Source: Sphagnum compactum
Lineage: Eukaryota
Direction: 5' to 3'
NCBI GenBank assembly: GCA_965153455.1
Contig: OZ234493.1
Span: forward strand, 33,656,213-33,720,212
Length of the DNA: 64,000 bases
Each line of letters opens with the position of its first letter. Position 1 is the first letter of the stretch. The position numbers and the translations under genes are program-made. Shown here piece by piece: positions 1 to 12,129 of this stretch. The notes beneath the pieces were generated by a model that did not search any database, had not been told where the DNA came from, and saw only the letters and a list, made by a program, of their open reading frames with translations.

Positions 1-1314
1 ATTATATATGGCCACTACTTCTTTCGAACATGGTCATTTTTTAAAAACATTATATATGTAATGAAATTTCATTATGAAGAACATTCCTTCGAGTGTGATT
101 ATAGGTATAAGTGCATGGTTACATTGGTGATTAACAAAGGCAACCTTATTGTAAATTGAATTGGTACTAGAAATAAAATTTAACAAACCGTAATGGTGAA
201 TTTAACCCATTACCATGTGCAAAGTGGTTTGGAAAATTTTCAATTTGGGTTATTAAGTTGATGTTCACCATTTACAACAAATGTTGTCATTATCTTTTTC
301 ACCACAACATAACTTTCCTTAGATTAAGTAAATTTTAAGATATTCAAAATCACAAGAAATTTGATTGGATGTTAAAATCATCACATGAACATAATCTTTC
401 AATTTAATTCACATAACCTATTAAATTTCATTATGTATAATGTGTGGGTATACATAAAACATTCTAAGAATTTTTTAAAAAAATTTGAAAGCATTTATTT
501 ACATAGGAAATGTTATCATCAATCAAAAGGACCTTTCACCATTTGCGTACAAACCTTTTATAATTCAGATAAAAAACCTTTCATACTTTACATTGGGGAA
601 TGCTTGTTCTAATTTGTTTCCCTTTATTTTTAAATGTATGCCTTCAAGATTAGAACCATTAAATTAAAGGATACCTTGATAAGCAAGCTTGAACCTATAA
701 GACAAGATGACTATGGGGTTTGTCATCTGGACTTTAAATTTGTTTAATATTGTGTATTTTATTTAATTTAATAGTAAATTGATAATATAAAAAAAATAAC
801 TTGATCTTATGTTGAAATAAAAATATTTGACAATGATGATTGATTGTTGTACAATCATTTTTTATGAAAAAATCTAGGCCAAAAGAAAAGTCCTACATCA
901 TGATTTTCTTTCCTCATCATAGTTCCTAGTTGCAAACATCAAGAATTCCACTTTATCAATTAACTTGAGAGAGTTGTTGATTAACACTTGTAAGTAAATG
1001 ACTTGGAAAATTTGACCTAGACGTATTAGATATTTAGTAACATAAATTATGAAATGATGATGATAAACCTTAAATACAATCTACACAAATTGTTGAAATT
1101 CCAAAAATTTGGGCATCAATAAATTTTAAATGAATTTCTTAACTTTGAACATTTCAAATAAGTAATTAGATATTTTTGGCATTATAGGAAATAATATAAT
1201 AATCATTGAAATTGAAAAAATATTATGGTACATGATCAATATGAACCTTGGTGTCCGTACACAAAATAATTTTCAAAATCAAATCAAATCAAGGTGTGCA
1301 AAATCTTAGAACAA

Positions 1315-1610
1315 ATGATTTTTTAATGACAGATTCTCGCCAAATTTTGACCTGAAAAATACAACTTCAACTAATACCAAGGATTTTTTGTGGAAATTGA
1401 CCCAAATTTGCCCACATTCTCAAGGGAAAACAATTTCCAAATCACCAAATTATTATGGTAACTTCTAGTAGGTAGCCAAGAATAGAGAACGATCATTTTC
1501 CTTTTTCAATTTCATATCTGGTATATAGCCAAATTTGGATAAATATTTTTTCTTGGTCATTGCTAGTTTAGCTACATCACAAAATTGAAAAAAAAAATAT
1601 ATCACTGCTT
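1315..1610 (+). mobile_element. MITE family copy
   Basis: Shares CGCCAAATTTTGACCTGAAAAATA...GGTAGCCAAGAATA...GCTACATCACAAAATTG with 30588-30855 and 41246-41534. Ends approximate. Confidence 0.68.
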
Positions 1611-2610
1611 AGAACCTTCTTTAAGATGCTAAGTACTTGCTTATGAATACAGCTCAGCCAGGGTAGGCCCAGGCATTTAATTCTCAAAGGTGTTGTAGGG
1701 ACCCAAAGTGAAATCTGGTACAGTACGTGTGAGGCATGTGAGGTTTGAATTTGAACAATCTCTCCTTTGGAAGAATCAAATATTATAAAATATGTGGAAA
1801 GATTTTGCTCTAAAATGGGCAGATCATGCAACCAATGACTCGCTTGTGGACCCACAAGGGCAGTACAAAGTATGATTTAGCAAAATTGATTGTCAGGAAT
1901 AAGCCAGCCAGACAATGACTACCAACCACCTTTTGCCTAATTAAAGAAGAACCAATTCAGTAAGGGGCTCTCCTCCTATATTTCTGTTGGTAGAGGACCT
2001 TCCTTTATGTTTTCATCAAGTTCACTAACTTTCAGATTAGGCAGAGAAATTAGTCATCACTCTTGTTTTAAGAAAGGAAATCAGTATTAGAGCAGGACCT
2101 AAGTTCCATAAACCCTAAACCTGACATAGACCTGCAAAAGCCCTAAACTAATAACTTTGTGCCTGGTAGATATGGAGTGGCCCATTCTTTTTGTGAACTC
2201 AGGTTTGGGCATCTTGTGTCTGGTTAGGTAAGTTGGTGGGAGGTAGGTTGAAAAAAAATGGTGGATAAAATGGAGATAATAATAAGAAGAAAAAGGCCAA
2301 AATGAAGGCCATCTTAGTTTGTACTCAGTAATGTCTTTGTACTTGGTGTTTTTGAAATATGTTTGAAAATTTCATTTTCTGGGCTGCCCAATAAAACAAT
2401 GGTACCCAGGTGATCTTGCATCTCAAAGGCCTGTCTTATCTGCTGAATGAAGATAAACCAGTATAGTATCTTGTACACAACTACGTTAAGAGAAGCCGTG
2501 GGAAAAAAGGAGTTTGGAATTAGCAAGTAAGGTCTAGGATTGGAGTAAGTAGTTTGAATGGCTGGTGCAACCTACAGCTGACCCACCATAATCTTGGCAA
2601 CTTGTCTGGT

Positions 2611-2714
2611 TTGGTACCACCTCAAGTGATCTAGCTTTCAGCCTATTGCCAACTTACTGGGTTGGTACCACCTCAAGTGACCTAGCTTTCAGCCTATTGC
2701 CAACTTACTGGGTT
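2611..2714 (+). repeat. 51-bp tandem duplication (2 copies)
   Basis: TTGGTACCACCTCAAGTGA(T/C)CTAGCTTTCAGCCTATTGCCAACTTACTGGG at 2611 and 2662. Confidence 0.9.
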
Positions 2715-2758
2715 TGTTGGATATATGGTGAATATTTGTGGGTAACCGGCGGTAGTTC

Positions 2759-3075
2759 CAGCCTTTCTCGTACTGGTGAAATTTTGCCAAAAAGCGGAAT
2801 CAAAAATCAACAAACTAAAAAATGATATGATTTTGGAAGGTTTCAATTGCCAAAAGTGAGGAAACGAAAAGGTTAAATTGCCAAAGTTCTATATTTGGAT
2901 TTCAGAGTGTACCCATGAATGTGAAAGGTTGAATTCAAAAATATATATCTTTCATATGTTGTTTATAGGCAGATTTGGCTAAATGTTCCAAGGGATGACC
3001 ACCATTTTTTTCTACGTCTTCCTATGGATGATTGCCACTTATGCTACATAAAAGAATTCCTGAAGAAAACAGTGG
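2759..3075 (+). mobile_element. MITE of a related subfamily
   Basis: Homologous to about 46672-46975 (ACTGGTGAAATTT...CAGATTTGGCTAAAT..GGATG..CACCATTTTTTCTAC). Ends approximate. Confidence 0.62.
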
Positions 3076-6000
3076 GTAAACATAGAGCTAAGAAAAAACT
3101 GCAAGAAAAGCTTACACAAAGAGCTTGTACCTGCAATAACATGATTACAATAGTTTTGAATGCTGTGTCAAGAGCTGTTAGAATTCACAAGTGGTTTAAA
3201 ATTCTTCCAAATCTTTACACCAGGTAAGGATCTTGAACGGAGGGGTCCTGGGAAGGAATGTGTGTCCTGTGTTAGGCTCTTGCCTTGTGCCAGGCCCTCT
3301 TCGTAGCACAGCCCTGCTCTCAGTCATTACCATTATTTCATCCTACAAATGACCAACCGGATGAGATGCTTGTTCTAGGCCACCCAAGAGAGCTAGTCCC
3401 CAGCAATGCACTTGTTGAACAGATGTATGTGTTTTCTGGGGTGTGGCTCACAAACCTTCCTCATGCTAGCTCTAAGGTTTTTTCCTTTGTATTTGAAAAC
3501 ACCTAAGGGCGAGGAAGATGCTTCCCTCAATTGGAGGGGTCTTCCACTATTTTGATGCAAACCTTCCATCATTCAAATGCATGTGCCTTTTGTTCAAATG
3601 CATACATTTCATACTTTACCAGACCTGCTCCTTAGGCCTCCCCTAATTTTCAAACCTAGACCTCGAAGGCTATGCGCCTCAAAGCAGGGGAGGCCCTTTG
3701 GCGTAGGCCTTCCCCTATGTATACATTTGGGCCAGAGTGAACCAGCATCCACTAGTGCACCATGAAGGATGGAATGTATTTGGATAGGAAACATTTTTTC
3801 AATGTATTCTTGTCCTGTAGCTAACTAGAACCCATTAGTGCACCATGAAGGATCTGGGGATTTTTTTTCAAAGTTTTCACGCAGGTCCATTGGTGAGGAT
3901 TCCCAACATTAATTAGCATGAGATGGCAATTGTCTTAGGTAGGTTGTAGCTTTTTCTTTAAATGTTGATACAAGTGACAAAATAAGAGGTGCCTAGCAAG
4001 TCATTTTATTTCTGGCTATGTATTGCCAGAGCTCTGGGGAAAAAAAGGCTTGATTCCAATGCAAATGAATCACCTTTCAACCCCCTATGAACTGCCCATA
4101 ACCTTTGAACCACCCATGTACAAGTATTGTTTTTGTTGCTGCCCTGCCCAGCATTATCCCACAAGGGGTTGTCAGAGTTAGTGCGGAGACCAGTCTCCCT
4201 CTGACTTATTATATATTATCCTACAATGGAACCCATCTAAGTGATAGGAAGCTGCAGTAGGGACTCTTATAACATGTAGATTGGAGAAAATTAAATAAAC
4301 TAGGGCCAGTGTTTCTAGTTCAATAAAGGAAGAAAGAAATTTTAATCTAAATTCTTATACCATGCTCCTTTCACTTGAATCTACAGTTGCTACAGGATTT
4401 TGTAGGATATTTATCTCCTTGCCATCCCTACACATTTAATTTGAGGAATAATTGCCTGCAAGTTGCATTCATGTCACAAAAACAAATTCTATTTGCAAAC
4501 TTATGTCTTGAGAGTATAAGTTTTTTCTATCATTTAAAGTTATTTTAACAGTTATATTGAAGTCACATGTACCTACACATGAGTTCAAATGTCTTCCTCT
4601 AAAGGTTAAACGAATGATAAATTCTTTTCAGAAAATTTTTAACATATATTCTCATCTTAGGTGTTTTGAGCTATCAAAGAATATCAAACCCAGGAATTAT
4701 TTATTGAATATTAGCATTTAATTTGGTCAATCACATGGGATAACCATTTTATGTAACTCCATTAATTGAATTGCCCACTATGAGTGGCTACTTCAAAGGC
4801 ACCTAATGTTACCAATAAAGAGTGCAGGGATCAATTAATACCAATTAGGGAACTTTTTTCAATATTGTGATTAAAAATTTGGAAGTTTTCCACGAAATAG
4901 AAAAAATATTCTAACGCACATTAGAAAACCCAACTTTACAAAAACAATCTTTATTTTTTTCAATAAAAAACCAAAAAACTATTGAAAAAAACTGATATCA
5001 ATATTCCCAAATATTGAGTTCAAGTATGTATCATTCTTACTTCCTGGAACGAAAAGTTATCAGATTAAATGGCATTAGGTACAAGCAAGCAAATGGCGAA
5101 TGACTCTGCCCTTCATGGCAAGCTCAAAACCAACAAACTGTTTCACAATGTGAAGTTTACCGAAACCTGGACTCACAGTTCACACTGACACCTGGTGAAC
5201 AATCCTCAAAGTGTAGACGCAAATGAAAGCTACATATCTCAGCTCTCCCTTAGAAGCAGCTCGACCAATAGAAACCAGATTCTTTTGGGTTTCTGTTGGG
5301 ACACCCGTGCGCGCCCCCTAAGCAACTAGTGGAGAAATTTGTGTCTGAACTTGCATTTATATTCTACCAATTCCACGTTCACGTGCTATGTTTTCATCCC
5401 GTTCCTATTCCCAAATCAACTGGCACTGCTGAGCATGTTCACGTTCGAGCAACTTCACGTGTGCATGTTGCGGCCTGCTGTTGGCGGGTCGGTGAAATCG
5501 TGAAATCATGACCTCTGTAGCAGAGTTCCAGTGATTTTTTCTCCTTACAAATTTTGTCGTTTCTCTACCAGGAAAAAGGGGAATTTTTAAAGTTTTCCTT
5601 TCCTCTTTCTAGTGTAGATCTGGCTAATTTTGTATTAAACATTTGTAAAATGTAGGCAATTGCTTGTACAATGGTAAAATTAAATAATTATATAATTTTT
5701 GAGGTTTTCTCAGACAAGTCCAGCAACAGGCATGTACTCCATGTGCAAATTGATGATAGAAAATTGGGGAGGGTCGAAGTCCCCTGTCGGTAGCGGGAAT
5801 GGACTTGGTGAAGATATATACATGTACGAGGGTGATGACTGTTGAAGCCATTTAGCCACGTGTGAACCACAAATCCTTATTATCTAGGAATTATGCCTGT
5901 AATTAATCTAGTTAAATTTAGTTAATCTAGATTGACCGTTTACTATAAACTTACGGAGAGCAAGTCCTTCCATAATTAGAGGTTCTATGTACGGCGCCGT

Positions 6001-7694
6001 CGCTCGTCAAGGGGGGGCTCGACAAATGGAAGTATTCATTTCTCATGGCGTACCCGTTCGCTCTTGAACTTCCTTAGTATTAGAGGACTTTGTATATTGC
6101 AAGACCACATTTGGACGTCACTAGCATCTCGTAAGCAAGTGCTCCGTGTCACAAAACTTTTTCAAATCTCCTCAGAATATATCTTAAAACAATGAACCTG
6201 AAAGAATTTTTCATATCAAAATTTCAAATCGAATTTATGGATTACAGCCGTTTGAAAATATTCATGCACCTCCAAAATTGTAAGCGCTCATCATGCATCG
6301 TCGACAAACAAAAACGCAGTTAGTTAATATTCACTAATGCCGTATTTTAGTATCGAATAAATTAGTAAAGAATCCGTTTTTGCCTTCTCGGATCACATGT
6401 ATAATTTATGAACGGTTAGAACTTGCAACTCGACGTGAAAATCACCTGGAGATATAAGCTGGAAACTACTTATAATTTGCACGCAATTAACTCCTTTTCC
6501 GTGGACTAAGAAATGACCACCACGCAGTTGTTTCTTAAAAACTATCAATCCACTGTTAAATTTGTTTATGGTTGCAGCGCTCACGTTCTTCGTACATCCC
6601 CTTATAAATCTACAGCTAAGGCATGCAGGAAATGAACGTCACTAATGGCTTTGAACATTAATTGGTACCTTAATTCTTTCTTCTGTAACTTCAGCAACAT
6701 TAGTCCACACGCTAACTTTCCTTCGCTTAATTAGTGTCTATTCATCTCTCTAGATCTCGTATTTCAAGAGTCCAGGTGCTAATTCACCTGAATTTAGATC
6801 ACTCTAGCTTGCGCCTATTGAAATTAGTCTGTAACTGTGCAATATTTAATTACTTGAATCTATATAAAATTTTATATAGTAATTCTCGCACAAGAACATC
6901 TTATAAATTTGTTCTAGACATATACACATCCTTCACTAGTCATAAAACATGCTTGTAAAAGAGTGTATGTGTGTTTTTGGGGGCTAGCTAGCAAGCTTTT
7001 ATAAGCCGTTGTGAGGAGTTAGTATAAGATTAATACAAGAGCTTTTTGTTCCTGAACATCATCTAGTGCAACACAACCACACTAATCCAGTATTAAAACT
7101 CATAAACTTACTTTTTTAATCGTCTTCCTAGAAAGAGTTTCATGAGCATATATGATCAATCCACGTACCAGGAACGCTCTACTACATATCAAAATGGTTC
7201 AGCTTATATGGTGAACTAGTATATATACCATTCCCGCAATTGGACTACTTACAAGCCGGCTGTGAAGATTATATTCAAAAAAGTTGTCTCAAAATCCAGC
7301 ATCCCTCTACATGCGAGAGAAACTGCGTAAGTGCTGATCAGCTGTCTTGGAAACATAGCTGATTATAAGACGCGTGCTGCAAGTATCAGTATTTTTTTGG
7401 TTCTGGAATATTAAGATAAATGTCTTCAAAGAGAATCAGCTAAGGTGGAGATCTGGCATCCTAGTCTGGAAGAATAGAAATTGCAGCTGATCCAGAATGA
7501 CAACAGATTGACCCACTAGAGCAGACATTGAGCTCAGAATTAGGAATAGAACTTGACAGACCAAGACTTCCAAGGTGCAGTCGGATCCTGCAGCTGCACC
7601 ATGCAATATGTGTCGCATGATCAAGCTGTTGTAAGTTGTTGACAACCGGCTGGATCACGTCATTTGCTTGTTGGCACCATGACCTACTGCTGGC

Positions 7695-10600
7695 CTAATC
7701 CAGTGGACGAAGGATCTGTAGCAATACAGGATCAAAGGGTAGGTATGGTCGACCTCCAATGAGCACACCAGCAGGCTCATCAAAGCGTCCAGTTGCTGCC
7801 GAGTTATTTGGCAGATCGTCAGCAGCTAGTGCAGCAGCATTGTTTCCAGCAGCATCAACTACTAGACGAGCTATGATCTGCAGTGGATCATCGGCCTGCA
7901 CATACCACGGTAGGATTAATGGCGCTGGATTAATGAGCTCAAAGTCTGTAGTCGGCTCCACGTCATGCAGGTCGACTACCTGCTTCTCCCAGCTTATGGT
8001 TACTGAGGTTTCATGTAGGTCATCATCATCATCAGCTGCTAGGAGCTGGACACACTGATCAGATGCAGTACTTCCGGAAGCTGCTGGAATGTCTGTGTGG
8101 TTGATGCCATTCTCTGACATAGTGGCATTCTGAATTTGTAAACAAACAATTACATTTCCTGGACCTCTCCTGGACTCACATCAGGCTCAATTCACACTGA
8201 ACCCACAATGTCAGCCTGCCAGAAGGCCATCAGTCGTCTTGGGATTTTACATTGTCTTGAAGAAATTGTTTTAGATGGATCAAGTAGCATCCCTTTGAAG
8301 TTTGAACGCTAAAAGAGGATGACATAAAGCATGAATTAGTACCTGCTGCAATGTCTGGTTCCGTGCCCCAGCTGCTGCAGCAGTGACTCCTGCTGCAACG
8401 ACGTCCTTCTTGCGAGGAGTATATGGCTTTCGGGGGGTTTCAGGAGCACCTCCTACAACGGCGCCCTTCTTCTTGCGAGGAGTATATGGCTTCTTGGGGG
8501 CCTTCTGTTTGCCCCGTCCCCTCTTCACTTTTTTCTGAGCGGAAGGTACTGGAAGTCCAGCATCTGTAACATACCAAACACATCAGTTATAACTTACAAC
8601 TACATAGTATCAGAAGGAATTATCTTGGGAAAGGGAAAGTTCAAAGGACATTACAGTGTAGTACTTGACCTGAAGGCTCATAGCTTGGTGGATCATCATG
8701 TGGTGCAAGCCACTCACCGATGGCAGCTTGCTGTGCTGTAAATGGCAGGGTCCGGACAAAAAATGTGTCTTTGATCATTTGAGTCATGTCCTTGTTTTCT
8801 TGCACGGCTTTGTCGTAGACAGCTCTGCAATCAACCATCACTTAGGGCAACAATCAGTCATGTATCCCATACGAAAGCTAACTTCGTTGTGCAGCTGATC
8901 TACATGTATGCCATTTCTCTTAGATGATTCTAAGCTCATATGTACATGTGTCTTTTGATTGTTGCTTCATATCTCTGCAGTTTAAGAAGCAGACTTCCAA
9001 GATTCATACATACTGCAATTGTGATCACAGCACACATTAAGAAGGTCTAGAAGAGGACCCGAAGCAGAAGCTAGGGTTCCAGCTACTAAATAGGGTTTTC
9101 ATGAGAAAATATTAAGATCATAAGAAAGGAAAAACAAAACTTGATTCAAGCTGCATGTCAAGAACTACAGGAACTCATGCATGATCTGCAGGGTACCTGG
9201 CTGCTTCTTCCTCGGTGCTGTATGAGCCGACGATTTCACCAAGCGGACTGCCAAAACAATAAATATTCAAGATCACCAATAAGAAGTTCTTCCAGTCAAT
9301 GGTCATTATAAGTATCTCATGACCACATGTAATTCCTCACATGCTGATGATGACTCACAAACCTATGTTTGTGTTTTCGTCTCATGAGTTCAGTTGCACT
9401 AAAGGGGTCAACATTGCACAATGCAGAATACAGACTACTAACAAGAGTACACAACATTCACTCATGATCACTGCAGTGTCGATAGGAGAGAAATTCGATG
9501 TGCAGCATGTGGTGAAACATAGATTCATGCATATTACACGCAGGAATGTGTATGTTTACCTCCTCTTCCAGTTCTCCCCGTAAGGAACCTCGAAATTTCC
9601 ATCCTTTATCTTCGTCATACAAGGGTATGTCCATACAGCACCAGGTCCCTTGCTGTCTCCTCTAATGAACAGAGCCATTTGGTCGTTGGTGAGAAGCTTC
9701 AGCTGCAGTGAACAAAACCACGCAATGAATGAATGAATGAATTCATCAAGCTGTACTTTCAGATGGATCCCTCCATGCAAACATCATGTCATTCGTGTTG
9801 CAGCAGATCATCTCGCAACCCATGATCCAATTACATAGTTGTATAAACCAGTACTACTTAGAAATCAAAGGATCAACGAGACTTCTAGCTAGGACCCTGC
9901 AACCATGATAGAAAGATATCAAGGAAGAAGAGCTCTCATAAGAACATCAGAAACTGCCAGCTACAAGCTTTCTGTACCAAACCTGCATTGCTGCTTACCC
10001 TTCTCACATCATCGTCGTATTGTTGAGCAGGCTTGAAGTTGATACGATCCTGGAACCCCTCGCCTCTCAGTAAAAGGGCTGCTTTGTTGTAAGCGCTGCA
10101 ATAAGACCACACATGATCCATGAGCTGCACTCAGACAACAGCATAGGCAATTGTTGTTACAGCTTGTTCAGCATTCTCACTGTCATTCATGCATGGTGCA
10201 GCACGACAATTCACAATCCAGCAGCTGCAGCTGGTTACTAGTTCATGAAGAACTGCTGCTTTAATGTATGGTATCCTAGCCAGCTCAAGAAGCAAAACAG
10301 TACTCCAAAAATTAGGTCTCGAAGATACACTCGAGTATCTAGATGTGTACCTTGCAGCTTCTTCCTTGGTGGCTGATGCACCTGCATCCAAGATCAACAA
10401 GCAAATGCAAACAGAATGAGATGGAAGACATGATGAGCAGCAACAAATTGACATCCTCTACAATCAAAAGAGCAGCAGCAGCTGGTAATGAGAACTTTCT
10501 GATCGAGCTTGGCATGCTAGAAGTTAGAGCAATGTACCGAGATAGGGGTGTTTATGCGACTCCACATCAGCAACGTCCGTAGCTTGCGCGCCAACGTCGT

Positions 10601-11297
10601 CGTTGGCGGGGAAATCACTTTCACTGCCATGGTCATGCAACTGCAGCTGCTGAAATACGGCAGCTACTATACCAGCTTCATAGACGACACTCGACAGGGA
10701 GGGCTCATAGTGAGTGACATCTTCCATCTCCCGGCCACCCACTGCATCACCCATATTCTCTTGCACCATCGACAGCTGGTGAGGGTACTCACGATCGTAG
10801 CGGCGGACTGGACCGCCTTCGTCGACAGCCATCATCGAACGCTGCTGGGTGCTGTCTTCGCACGGGGAGAAACGCATCAGCTCCTGAACACAAAACTCAC
10901 ACATACATCTTCCTTGAGCGTTGACAGGATCAGCGCCTTGCAATGGTGTCGTACCCAGGTTGACGTTGTTGCCTTGGTCTTCATCGTTTCCATAATGAGG
11001 AGGAACTGCAAAATGGAAGGCGGGGTCCATGGGATACCAAGCATATGTGGGCCGTGTAACTTCGGACATCATGGCTTCTCTGAGGAACGGAGGAGCACGA
11101 CCTGGGCGAGAAATTTCAGGACGTGATTGCAGATGAATTCCTGGCAAATCCAATGTCGAGCCCGGCGCCAAACCAAAAGCCCTTTGAAAGCGCTCAACAG
11201 TCTCCGCATTCGCCGGCATCTGTCCGAAGTAGAGCTGCACGCGGTCTTCCTGCATCCCACTGTCGACGTTCGGAACCATGTAGAGATCTGATTCCAT
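7695..11297 (-). CDS. Paralogous euAP2-like gene with an internal in-frame deletion (no NLS, no N-terminal half of AP2-R1), about 614 aa, 8 coding exons; functional gene or young pseudogene
   Basis: Exons, all GT-AG and in frame (1845 nt): 11297-10538, 10381-10351, 10095-9999, 9702-9560, 9247-9197, 8824-8718, 8563-8343, 8129-7695. Homologous exon by exon to 33641-37846 ([63 protein letters not shown]). No stops or frameshifts seen. Confidence 0.78.
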
Positions 11298-11529
11298 TCC
11301 TTCTATCTTTCCACCTGAGAGGCAAGAAAGTCAGTGGTGCTGCTTCGTGAGATAACAAAAACAATTGTTCCCAGAACTTCAGACCTACTCCATGCGATCT
11401 GGAAGGGAAGAAAAAGACACATACCTGTGCAAGGGTCAAAGGAAAGAAGACGATCTGAAAGCAAACGGAAACTCTAGTGAGTTACTGCACCGCACAATCT
11501 CACAGAAAATGCAGCCAAGAAACGATAGA

Positions 11530-11612
11530 TCGCGAGAAGAGCGAGAAAGAGAGAGAGAGAGCGCGAGAGAGAGCGAGAGCGCGAGAGCAAGGAAAGAGAC
11601 AGAGTGAGCGAG
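11530..11612 (-). promoter_or_regulatory. GA/CT-rich tract in the putative 5' leader or core promoter of copy A
   Basis: (GA)n-rich run upstream of the CDS, conserved with 38565-38625. CT-rich leaders and GAGA (BBR/BPC) elements are common in plant genes. Confidence 0.5.
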
Positions 11613-11810
11613 CTTGGGGTCTCGCGACTTTCGCGGCGATCGAAGGAGGACAGCCGGGACTTCTTCGGGTCGGTTTGGTTGGTTTCTTTTAGGGTTTGTT
11701 TCTTCGGGTCGGCGGCCTCGGGTACCGTTGGTTCTCAGTCAACGAAGGTACTCAACTGGTCAACAAACTGGAGACGTCCCCAACTGAGGTCCAGAACAAT
11801 GTTAATAATG

Positions 11811-12129
11811 TAGTATTGGGCGGTTCTCAGATATAAGCCGGTTATCTCAAGGAGAATCAATGGTTCCAAATTAGTTGAGAATCGCCTTCCCAAGAACCAT
11901 CTCGGGTATCATTTGACCTCAACTTTGGTACTCAAGTCAGATATTGATTGGACCACTAGGTTCAGTTCTCAACCTACCACAAAAAGTGGAGCTTACTTTT
12001 TTTTGGTAGTTCTTAAAACATTTTATACAAAAAGTCTTAAGAAATTTGGGGGCACAGGAGGGGATGTTCTTAAAATTTATTTTAAGAACTAGAATTGGTG
12101 ATGCTTAGAGAGAGAACTGCCCAACATTG
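11811..12129. mobile_element. Related MITE upstream of copy A
   Basis: TIR-like ends TAGTATTGGGCGGTTCTC...GAGAACTGCCCAACATTG. No clear TSD. Confidence 0.6.

Noticed and set aside
1-1300. Short ORFs and a possible decayed element in the AT-rich start; similar traces near 17200-17760, 28900-29580, 40800-41200 and 42470-42800
   Set aside because: No motif I could confidently recognise; left unannotated.
7580-7602. Possible miR172 site in the 3' UTR of copy A (GTGCAGCTGCAGGATCC on the minus strand)
   Set aside because: Too many indels relative to the canonical target, and not conserved in copy B.
10548-11126. 192-aa plus-strand ORF, and similar ones at 36187-36795, 37427-37833, 7759-8058 and 33693-34024
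   Set aside because: Antisense shadows of the GC-rich AP2 exons. The minus strand has the conserved motifs and splice sites.
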